From positions 18,087 through 82,086 of the forward strand of contig CAVUXE010000045.1 in NCBI GenBank assembly GCA_963745235.1: DNA of 64,000 nt, written 5' to 3'. Each line of letters begins with the position of its first letter. Position 1 is the stretch's first letter. The DNA is from an uncultured Spirochaetota bacterium (GTDB lineage: Bacteria > Spirochaetota > Spirochaetia > SZUA-6 > Fen-1364). The notes beneath the pieces were generated by a model. That model saw only the letters and a program-made list of their open reading frames with translations, did no database searches and was not told the origin of the DNA. The translations under genes and the position numbers were made by a program. Shown here piece by piece: positions 44,107-53,154 of this stretch.

Positions 44107-46630
44107 ATGGGCTCTCGGAATCCCGCAATCTCAAGCGACCAACTCTCTTTGCGAGCCGGATTCGAGGCGGAAACCCGAGACAAGGCGGTCCGTGACACCC
44201 GTCTCACCGCGATCGTTGCCAGTATTCTCTTCCTTCTGTTCTGCATTCTCGACTATTTCGCGTATCCGCGTTCGTTCCTTCTTTTTTTCCTGATACGGTG
44301 CGTGGTCGTGCTTGGCAGCGGGCTGATCTTTCTCCTGATGTGGACCCAAGTTGGCACGAGGCATCCCCGGCTTTTTGCCATGCTGGAGTACATGTTGTGC
44401 GGCTCGGGAATCGTGCTCATGGTCCATTTGTCGGATGGGTATGCCAGCCCATACTACGCCGGGGTCAACCTGGTCCTGATGGCGTTCATTTCCATCATTC
44501 CCCTCGACGCAAAAAGAACAGCGCTGATATGCACCATTCTGTATGCAATTTACCTGATTCCGATCCTCGCCCTGCAGAGGATCATCCACTTCCACATTTT
44601 CCTGAACAACAACTTCTTTCTTGTTGCCACTATTGTTCTCGTAGTCCTCAGCTCGCGCCTTGCCACTCAGATGCGATTTCGGGAGTTCAGCGCGAGGTTC
44701 AATCTCGCCCGTGCGAATGAGGAACTGAAGAAGCTGGACATCCTGAAGTCGCAGTTCTTCGCGAACGTGAGTCACGAAGTCCGCACTCCACTCACTTCCA
44801 TCCTGTCTCCCATCCAGAGCCTGTACCAGGGGGACCTCGGACCACTGAATCCCGACCATCAGACGGCTGGTGGGCCAGGTCTATCGCAACTCGCTCAAGC
44901 TGCTCGACATGATCAACCAGATGCTTGACTTCTCGAAGTTCGAGGCCCGCAAGATGCAGCTTCACCTCAGGCACCTGGATATCGACGAGCTCGCCCGAGA
45001 CATCGTCACCACATTCCAGGACGTCACGGAACGAAAGGGATTGAAGCTTCGCTACGTGAGGGAAGGGGAGCTGCGGCCCGCCTATCTCGATGCGGAGAAA
45101 CTGGAGAGGATTCTCACCAACCTCATACGCAATGCCATCAAGTTCACGGAAAGTGGCTCCATCACGGTTCGCGCCGGCGCCAGCCTCAAGCAATCGATTG
45201 GGTCGAAGTCAGGGACACCGGCATCGGCATTCCCTCGCAGCACCTGGCGAACATCTTCAACAGATTCCAGCAGGTGGATTCCTCCAGCACGCGAAAATAT
45301 GAGGGCACGGGGCTTGGGCTTACTATCGTCAAAGGAGTCGGTGGATCTGATGAAGGGAAGCATCAAGGTCCAGAGCGAGGAGAGCACGGGGCACGGCATT
45401 CCGCGTCGAGCTGCCGACCAACCTGGACACAGCTGGTTCCCGACGCATTCATCGACAGGCGGAAGGATCAGCCGCGCCGGCAGACCGCGGACGATTTCGA
45501 CGGAGAAGAGAGAAGAAGACAGGCGCGCCGGGAATCGGACCAGTCGCGAGGATCAGCGTGGACGACCTCGCGCTCATAGAGAAAGAGACCATGGAGCGTC
45601 GGAGCGGGGAGAGGACGGCGTCTTCGCCCACGCCGGGCAACGGCAAGGCGGACCGTGTCCTTCTGGTGGAAGACAACATCGACCTCAGGGCATACATCAG
45701 CAAAATGCTTTCGCGTTTCGGACATGAAGTGGCGACGGCGATCGACGGGCTGGACGGCTGGGAGCACGCGCAGACAGACCTTCCCGACCTCGTGGTCTCG
45801 GACATCATGATGCCCCGCATGGACGGGTACGAGCTGGTCAGCCGCATCAAGTCAACCGACACGACCCGCCACATCCCGGTGATCCTGATCACGGCGAAGC
45901 CGGAGCTGGAATCGAAGCTGGAAGGGCTGCAGAAGGGCGCGGACGACTATCTGCCCAAGCCCATCAACATTCGAGAGCTGGACGCCCGCATCAGGAACCT
46001 CCTCGTGACGCGGAACCTCCAGCAGGCCCTGGCGCGGGAAGCAGAGCTGGGCGCGCGGATGGAAGAGCTCAGCATGAGCTTTTCGCAGTCCCTCGAGATC
46101 CGGGACTTCAATACGGCGGGGCATTCGCGTGACGTCCTGTACCTCGGCACCATCATCGCGGAAGGCATCGGCATCCCCGTGGACCGCATGCTGAAGGACT
46201 CGCTGCTCCTGCACGACATCGGCAAGCTGGGCATTCCGGACCGGATACTCCTCAAGGAATCACCGCTGAACGAGGAAGAGTGGAAGATCATGAAGACGCA
46301 TCCCGAGCTCGGGCGCGAGCCTGCTGGGGCACTTCGAATCCTACCGGGAGATCAGCGGGATCATACTTGCGCACCAGGAGCACCTCGAACGGTTCGGGCT
46401 ATCCCCGGGGGTTGAAGGGCGAAGAGATACCCCTGTTCGCGCGGATCATCGCCATCGCGGACGCCTACCACGCAATGACAAGCAACCGCCCTTATCGGAA
46501 CGCTCTTCCGGCGGGCAAGGCCGTGCAGGAGCTGACGCGCAACCGCGGCACACAGTTCGACGCCCCGCTCGTTGATGCCTTCATTCACGGCCTGATGCAG
46601 CGCAACATAATTTCAGCGGCTGATTTGTGA
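44107..46630 (+). CDS. Hybrid sensor: 6-TM input + HisKA/HATPase + REC + HD-GYP phosphodiesterase (several frameshifts)
   Basis: Six hydrophobic helices; [10 protein letters not shown] (H), [10 protein letters not shown] (N), DTGIGI (G1), GTGLGL (G2); LVEDN..SDIMMP..KP (REC); [28 protein letters not shown] (HD-GYP), read across successive overlapping frames. Confidence 0.88.
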
Positions 46631-46761
46631 AATAGAAGCGAGAGCCGAATCCAGCCGGGCCTCGTTTTCGACAGCGTGATCGGCCTCGCCTCAGCGAGGT
46701 GCCCGATTTGCCAGCGATTGGCTCGATGCTGTACGTTTAGAGGAGAGTTAAGCGACATCGA

Positions 46762-47362
46762 AATGGCAAGGAGGTGCCTCCCTGTGAAGGCTCCTGATGG
46801 CCGGACTCCGGCGCCAGACGCGGTTGCAGGCTCACGCGAGCCCGACCTGGTCAGGTTGTCCAGTCTCTTCAAGGCGTATGGGCCGCACGACGGTGTTTTC
46901 GATCTGCGGATTCCCTGGTCTTGAAGGTATTTCCGCAGGGTCCGCCCCCAGGCGACGACAACGGCGCGGTGTTCGTGGGTCAGGCCAACACGAGCATTTT
47001 GAACGCGGCGGCGCGGTTGCTCGAGCTGATGGCGCACCCTGGTGACGCTGAGCCGCTTGCCCCTCTCATCATGGATGAGATCCTTCTGGCCAGGCTCGCG
47101 AACATGAGCGTTTCCTCATTCCACGTTCACTTCAAGTCCGTCACCGCAGTGAGCCCCTTTGCAGTACCAGAAAGTGCTGCGCCTCCAGGAGGCCAGACGT
47201 CTCATGTTGTCCCCGATGGTGGACGCAGGGACTGCGAGTCGGCACGTGGGGTACACCAGCGCATCGCAGTTCAGCAGAGAGTGCGGCCGCTTTTTCGGAA
47301 GCTCGCCAACCAGGGACATCACCAGGCTGCGCGAACTCGTGGGCGCCGCCGCCGATGAATAG
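46762..47362 (+). pseudogene. AraC family regulator (AraC_N/YqhC type) with internal deletions
   Basis: Short N-terminal piece, then ..LAPLIMDEIL joined directly to [47 protein letters not shown]; total ~200 codons against ~300 expected. Confidence 0.75.
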
Positions 47363-47424
47363 AGACTTCTCGGCTGGCGATTCCCGGTTACTCGAAAACC
47401 AAATCCTGGAGGGGGAGCATTCAT

Positions 47425-48006
47425 ATGGGCAAGATCACTGTCGTCAATAATGTGACTCTGGACGGAGTAATGCAGGCGCCGGCTCGCCCGGACGAAGACA
47501 CGCGCGAAGGCTTCCCGTACGGTGGCTGGGCTATTCCCTACCAGGATTCTGTCATCGCCCGGAAGATGGGCGAAATGATGGCGAGCGCCAGTGGCTCGCT
47601 TCTGCTGGGTCGAAGGACGTATGAGGACTTTTTCTCCGTTTGGCCGAAGCGAACAAACAATCCGTTTACGGAACATCTCAACAAGGTTCAGAAATATGTG
47701 GCCTCGACAACCTTGAAAGAGCCGCTCCCCTGGCAAAACTCGACGCTCCTCAACGGTGACGCGGCAGACGCGGTGGCTTCTCTCAAGCAGCAAGGAGGTC
47801 AAAGTCTCGCCATTCTTGGCAGCGGGGAATTGATCAAGTCCCTCGTGAGACGGAACCTCATTGACGAGTACATACTATTGATCTTTCCGATAGCGCTCGG
47901 TACGGGTCGGCGGCTTTTTCCCGAGGGGGAATCCGTTCATCTTCGGCTCGTTGAGAGCCTCGCGACGACGAAGGGAGTGATCATCGCGACCTATCAGCCC
48001 GCGTAG
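47425..48006 (+). CDS. Dihydrofolate reductase-like (RibD C-terminal) protein
   Basis: VTLDGVMQAP, LLGRRTY, KYVASTTL, GSGEL, LIDEY..P..LG.G.RLF. Confidence 0.9.
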   Translation: MGKITVVNNVTLDGVMQAPARPDEDTREGFPYGGWAIPYQDSVIARKMGEMMASASGSLLLGRRTYEDFFSVWPKRTNNPFTEHLNKVQKYVASTTLKEPLPWQNSTLLNGDAADAVASLKQQGGQSLAILGSGELIKSLVRRNLIDEYILLIFPIALGTGRRLFPEGESVHLRLVESLATTKGVIIATYQPA

Positions 48007-48087
48007 TCGTTTGCAGAGGTTTCGCCGCTGAGCGGGTTTGCGACTCGCGCGAAGATTCGCGCCCGTATTTGACTTTGAAAAGCCACA

Positions 48088-49863
48088 ATGACATGCTCAT
48101 GTCTATTGAAGAGGGCAGATTTTCTCATCGACAAAGACGCTCTTGCAGCGATGACCGACGCACGCACGTTTCGCCGTGGCACAGACTACGCCCGTCTTGG
48201 GTGCGTCGGACCTATCCTCGAGCATGATGACAGCATCGAAGCTGCGGTGCAGGGCACGCGCAGGTACCGGGTGAAGCTCTGGCACGAGGAGAAAAGGCTG
48301 CGCTCCTCTTGCACCTGTCCTCTGGGTGAGGACGGTATTTTCTGCAAGCATTGTGTTGCCTTGGGGCTCGCGTGGATGGGTGAGGGTCCGGCGAAGGAGT
48401 CTGTGGAATCAGGGTCAGAAGTGGAGGCGACCATCGACATGAATGAAATCAAGAGCCACCTCCTCGCTCGCGACAAGTCGGACCTCGTTGATATTATCCT
48501 TTCGCAGGCAGTGGACGACGAGCGTCTCTTGCGGAAGCTTCTTGTTGATTCCGCGCGGACCAAAGGTCATAGCCACGAGACTTCTGTTCTGAGGAGCGTT
48601 ATCGATGACGCCGTTCGCAGTGACGGATACGTCGGATATCGTGAAGCCTATTCGTACGCACGAGGCGTCGAAGAGGCCGTGGATGGGGTTGATCATTTGT
48701 TGAAGTCAGGACAGCCAGTGGCCGCCATCGAGCTTGCGGAGTACGCTTTGAAGGCAGTCGAGGGGCAGATGGAGTCGGTCGATGATTCGGACGGCTCAAT
48801 GCAGCCAATTCTCGATAGGCTGCAGGAAATCCACCACAATGCCTGTGTGAAGGCCAGACCCGATAAGAAGGATCTGGCGCGCCGCCTTTTTGCTTGGGAG
48901 CTCAATTCAGACTGGGAGGTCTTTTTGGGAGCCGTCTCAACGTACAAAGGCGTGCTCGGATCGGAAGGTTTGAGCGTCTATCGTTCTCTCGCTGAAACCG
49001 AGTGGTCAAAGGTCAAGCAGTTGGCACCGGGCCAACACGATGACACAAGGTTCGTCAGCCGGTTTCGAATCACCCACATGATGGAAATGCTGGCCCGTGA
49101 AACTGGCGACATCGAGCGACTCGTTGCTGTAAAGTCCCGTGACCTCTCAATTGCCTACTGTTTTCTGGAGATCGCAGAGGAATACAAGAAGGCTGGGAAA
49201 GCGGACCTCGCGATACAGTGGGCAGAACGAGGAGTACACGCTTTTTCGGAACGGACAGACTCACGGCTACGGGAGTTTCTGGCTGAAGAATACCACCAGC
49301 TGACGCGCCACGATGATGCGATGGCGCTCATGTGGAAAGAGTTCGTGGAATCTCCCGGCCTCGACGGATACCAACAGCTCAAGTCCCACGCTGACCAGTT
49401 CAACGCCTGGTCGGAGTGGCGCGCGAAGGCTTTCGATCATTTGCGCACGGTCCTTGCCGCAAGAAAGGCCACGGCGAAAAAGACCAGATGGGCGTGGGAG
49501 TCACAGGCGGACAGCTCAACAATCGTCAGGATTCTCCTTTGGGAGAAGGACGACGAAGCTGCCTGGCGAGAAGCGCAAGATGGCGGCTGTTCAGAAGACC
49601 TGTGGCTGGAGCTTGCCCAGCGGCGGGAAAAGTCCCATCCGCAGGACGCTCTTCCTATCTACCAGCGGAGGCTCGCTCCGGTGCTGGACAGGAAGAATAT
49701 CGAGGCCTATCGCGAGGCCGTTCGAACGCTTCAGCTTATCCGGCGCCTGATGAAAGCGCTTGGCAGGGATGCCGATTTCACAGCCTATCTGGAAGAAGTC
49801 CGTTCTGCACACAAGCCGAAACGCAATTTCATAAAGCTTCTCGATCAGGTGAGGTGGCGCTGA
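48088..49863 (+). CDS. SWIM zinc finger protein with helical/TPR-like C-terminus (DUF6880-like)
   Basis: FRRG.DY, VQGT..YRV, CTCP....FCKHCVA SWIM motif, VDDSDG, HKPKRNFIKLL terminus. Confidence 0.88.
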   Translation: MTCSCLLKRADFLIDKDALAAMTDARTFRRGTDYARLGCVGPILEHDDSIEAAVQGTRRYRVKLWHEEKRLRSSCTCPLGEDGIFCKHCVALGLAWMGEGPAKESVESGSEVEATIDMNEIKSHLLARDKSDLVDIILSQAVDDERLLRKLLVDSARTKGHSHETSVLRSVIDDAVRSDGYVGYREAYSYARGVEEAVDGVDHLLKSGQPVAAIELAEYALKAVEGQMESVDDSDGSMQPILDRLQEIHHNACVKARPDKKDLARRLFAWELNSDWEVFLGAVSTYKGVLGSEGLSVYRSLAETEWSKVKQLAPGQHDDTRFVSRFRITHMMEMLARETGDIERLVAVKSRDLSIAYCFLEIAEEYKKAGKADLAIQWAERGVHAFSERTDSRLREFLAEEYHQLTRHDDAMALMWKEFVESPGLDGYQQLKSHADQFNAWSEWRAKAFDHLRTVLAARKATAKKTRWAWESQADSSTIVRILLWEKDDEAAWREAQDGGCSEDLWLELAQRREKSHPQDALPIYQRRLAPVLDRKNIEAYREAVRTLQLIRRLMKALGRDADFTAYLEEVRSAHKPKRNFIKLLDQVRWR

Positions 49864-49866
49864 GGC

Positions 49867-49959
49867 TCACGCCCTGTGGGGCGCTTCATGTCGACTTCCG
49901 TGATGATTGAGAAAACATCCCTGCATGCGAAGGTGCCTTTCGAGCGCCCTTCGGTTCAT
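49867..49959 (-). pseudogene. hicA: Truncated HicA-like toxin (30 aa)
   Basis: MNRRALERHLRMQGCFLNHHGSRHE.. resembles a HicA N-terminus (G.RH catalytic His); ATGA overlap with hicB stop; ends early. Confidence 0.65.
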
Positions 49960-50168
49960 GCCTTCACGCCGGCCAACTTCTTGATTAGTTTTCGTCTGGA
50001 GGCTGCCAAAGCAGCCATCGCGTCCCGAGCGTTTTCAAAGGCTTCCTTGACAGTTTCGGCCTCGGTAACGAGTTGCGGATCAAGAGGAGAAGTAAGGAAA
50101 TACCCGCCCTCCTGGGCCTCCTGAAGAGTGAGAACGACTTTCCCCTCGCTCACAGTGTACTGCTTCAT
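49956..50168 (-). CDS. hicB: HicB-like antitoxin (short form)
   Basis: EEGG-like EAQEGGYFLTSP..P.LVTEAETVKEAFENARDA. Confidence 0.8.
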   Translation of the reverse strand: MKQYTVSEGKVVLTLQEAQEGGYFLTSPLDPQLVTEAETVKEAFENARDAMAALAASRRKLIKKLAGVKA

Positions 50169-50245
50169 CCAAACTAGGATATTGCGTCATGCCTGACACG
50201 CCAATCGGTCTCGGCGAGCTTCATCATCGCGAAACCTGGTCGCGG

Positions 50246-51082
50246 TCAGCCACCAATCTCTCTCTCGCGGTGATGCGTGGCTTCCCGCTCAGGCGGGCGT
50301 TTGAACCGGTCCCGCATGAGGGCCCCCCAGTACACGAGACCTGAAAGAGAAGCGACATAGACTCCCGCTGGCACTCTCTTCCAGGGACCGAAAAAGGACA
50401 AAAGGACGCCGCACCACATGATCCCCAGCGCCAGAAGTATTGCAGTAACCAGTGCCCAGCCTGGATGACGTGTCAGCTTGTGGGCTGCGCCCGCCGGAGC
50501 AGAGATGAGAGCGAAGGCAAGAAGCACCCCCATGGACAGGATGCTGACGGCAGTGGTCGCCCCCAGCAGGAGGAGGAAGACAAAGTCCAGGATCCTGGTC
50601 GGGACTCCCCGGGCGCGGGCAGTCCCCGGGTCCACAGAAGCGAAAAGGAGCGGCCGAAAGATCACCGCGAGGACGGCCAGTATTACGACGACCACCAGCC
50701 CGAGAAGGATTATGAAGGAACCCGAGAGGCTCAGGAGCGACCCGAACAGGATGCCGACCCCGGAGCTTGCGTGCGTGGCGCTCGACCGGGCATAGACAGA
50801 GAGGAAAAGGACTCCAAGGCCGAGAGCCAGCGAGAGGACCATGCCCACTTCCCGCATCCCGGCCTTTGAGCCGGCCGCGAAGAGCGCCCATCGCAATGAC
50901 TGCAAGCAGGCCAAAACCAAGCATGCCCAGGAGAGGGTTCCATCCGAGGAGAGCGCTGCCTGTGATCCCCGCGAACCCGATATCTGTCTACGCCTCACTT
51001 GCAAATGCAAGGGCGCGGAGAACCATGAAATATCCCACGGCAGCGCATAGCAGGGCTGTGAGGGTTCCTCCGAGGAGGGCAT
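50246..51082 (-). pseudogene. Zn/Mn ABC transporter permease 2 (ZnuB type), frameshifted and N-terminally incomplete
   Basis: LALGLGVLFL, ILFGSLL, FRPLLFASVDP..ARARGVP, GVLLAFALISAPA. Confidence 0.75.
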
Positions 51083-51762
51083 TCTGAAATATCCCCGATC
51101 TCGATAACGGCCAGGGGACGACGGAAAAGACTTCTGGACGTGGCGGCCGGTCCAACCAGGAGCGTGAAGACGAGGAGAGAGCCGGTGACCTGGACTGCGA
51201 GTGAGACCGTCACGGCCGTCAGGACGAGGAAGACGGCCGCCAGAAACCTGATGGGGACACCTTTCGACAGGGCTGATTCAGGGGATGCGGTGGAAAACAG
51301 CAGTGGCCGAAAGATCACAGCCACGCAAAGGAGCACAAACAGGCTGCTCGCCAGCGTGACGCGGACCTCAGCGGGGCTGATGCCGAGGATGGTCCCGAAC
51401 AGGATTCCGTAAGTCCTCTCCGCGTACCCGCGATACAGAGTGAGGAACAGGAGACCGAGGCCGAGACTGAATGTCATGACGACCCCAATGCCAAGATCCT
51501 TTTCGCGGACCTGCTCCCCGAGGTAGGAGAACACCAGCGCCGCGACGATGGTGAAGCAAAATAGCCCGAACACGGGAGAGACTCCAAGCAAAACGGCCCC
51601 GGCGGCCCCGGCGAACCCGATGTTGGGCAGGGCATGGCCGGCGAATGTCATTCCGCGAGCCACGAGGAAGTAGCCGATCACCGCTGCGCACAGCGCCACG
51701 GAGCAGGCGGCGACAAGTGCGTTTTGGAGGAATGCGTACCTGAGAAGATGCAGAAGGTCCAT
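50995..51762 (-). CDS. Zn/Mn ABC transporter permease 1 (ZnuB type), C-terminus apparently lost
   Basis: IGYFLVARGMTFAGHALPNIGFAGAAGA, ILFGTILG, GSLLVFTLLVGPAA; similarity ends near 51110. Confidence 0.8.
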   Translation of the reverse strand: MDLLHLLRYAFLQNALVAACSVALCAAVIGYFLVARGMTFAGHALPNIGFAGAAGAVLLGVSPVFGLFCFTIVAALVFSYLGEQVREKDLGIGVVMTFSLGLGLLFLTLYRGYAERTYGILFGTILGISPAEVRVTLASSLFVLLCVAVIFRPLLFSTASPESALSKGVPIRFLAAVFLVLTAVTVSLAVQVTGSLLVFTLLVGPAATSRSLFRRPLAVIEIGDISECPPRRNPHSPAMRCRGIFHGSPRPCICK

Positions 51763-52501
51763 CTACGTCTCGGCTCCGATCACGAACCGCCTTCCCTGAG
51801 CAGTCACAACCTCGACACGAGATCCGTACAGTCTGCTGAGGGCATCCGTGGTGATCACCTCATCCGGGCGGCCAAGGGCGCTCCTGCCGTTGGAGAGGTA
51901 GAGGACCTTGTCGATGTGGGGAAGGAGGGGATTCACATCATGGGTGACCAGAAGGACGGTGATTCCTCTGGATCGGCAGATGCGGGCAACGAGGGTGATG
52001 ACCTCTTGGGCATGGGCGATGTCCAGGCTGGCAAGAGGCTCATCCAGCAGAAGGAGCAGGGGATCAGAGATCAGCGCTTGGGCCAGCAGAAGCCGCTGGC
52101 GCTCTCCGCCGGAGAGCTCATCGAAGGCAGCACGGGAGAAATCCAGAGCATCCACTTCCTCCACCCCATCGGTGGCCGTCGAGGCCGAACCCCACGATAT
52201 CCCGGGCACGCAGGGTGTTCATGCTGTCGAGATTCAGGAACTGGGGTAAGTAGCCGACCTGCTGGTTACCTGTCCGCGGGACCTTGCCGAGAACCTTGAC
52301 CTCACCCTCCGAGGGACGCAGCAGCCCGAGAAGCATCTTCAGCAGAGTGCTCTTGCCAGCGCCGTTGGGACCGAGGATTGCGACGAACTCCCCCGGGGGA
52401 AGCCAGAAGCTCATTTCGTTCTGGATCGTCACCCCTCCCAGGCGGATGGAAACGTGGGCAAGGCTGACGGCTGAATCGTATGAGGCTGACGTCTGATTCA
52501 T
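51763..52501 (-). CDS. Zn/Mn ABC transporter ATP-binding protein (ZnuC type), frame-disrupted ~52165
   Basis: [15 protein letters not shown], then [22 protein letters not shown] in second frame. Confidence 0.85.
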
Positions 52502-52574
52502 CTTTCCTCACTGTCGCGGCGTTTGTGAAAGTCGGACACTCCGCGAGGTGAAGCTACAGTGGATGTTGCGCCAA

Positions 52575-52597
52575 TGTCAATGAGACTAAGTCTCATT
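52575..52597 (-). promoter_or_regulatory. Fur/Zur-family box overlapping a -35 element upstream of the metal ABC operon
   Basis: Perfect 9-1-9 palindrome AATGAGACT-A-AGTCTCATT (52579-52597); minus-strand TTGACA at 52580-52575. Confidence 0.75.
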
Positions 52598-52751
52598 TTG
52601 AAACCGCTGTGCCGGCTTCGCAAGATGCCGTGGCGGACTACGGGACCGCTGAAATACTGGTTGCCGCAGTTCTTGGGGTCCTTATCGCGGCCTCGGTAAG
52701 AGGCGCGAATGTCCTCACGCTGCTCGAAGAAGCGTCAAAGTAGGCTGGGGA

Positions 52752-53150
52752 CTACTTGCGTTTGGGTTTCACCTTGGCGAGGTTGCGTTCAACACCGGCG
52801 CGGATGAGTGCCTTCAGGGCGCTCTCGTTCACCTTATCGCCTTCATAAATATCGATTGCCCGCCATTTGCCGCCCTCAAGGCCGGCGTTGAAGAGCTTTT
52901 TCGGGTCGGGGAGGGTCGCGCCTTCGCCAAATGTCAGCTTTACCTTGTCTTTCAGGATGTTGATGTTGCAGACAATCCCGTTGTGCTCCCACACCGGCGT
53001 GCCAGGGCGGTTGGCAGTGACCCATTTCCATTCCTCGGTTATCTCAGGGTCAGCATCGTGGATGATTTTGCGAAGCCTGGTGAAAGTCTCCCCGCGCCAG
53101 TCAGGAGTTTTGGCGATCAGGTCATCGATGATCTCGTTGGGGTTCGGCAT
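52752..53150 (-). CDS. DUF1801 (YdhG-like) protein
   Basis: DWRG....LR.II..ADP.ITEEWKW..GTPVW..G..L.DP..LFNAGLEG..WRAID. Confidence 0.9.
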   Translation of the reverse strand: MPNPNEIIDDLIAKTPDWRGETFTRLRKIIHDADPEITEEWKWVTANRPGTPVWEHNGIVCNINILKDKVKLTFGEGATLPDPKKLFNAGLEGGKWRAIDIYEGDKVNESALKALIRAGVERNLAKVKPKRK

Positions 53151-53154
53151 GATT

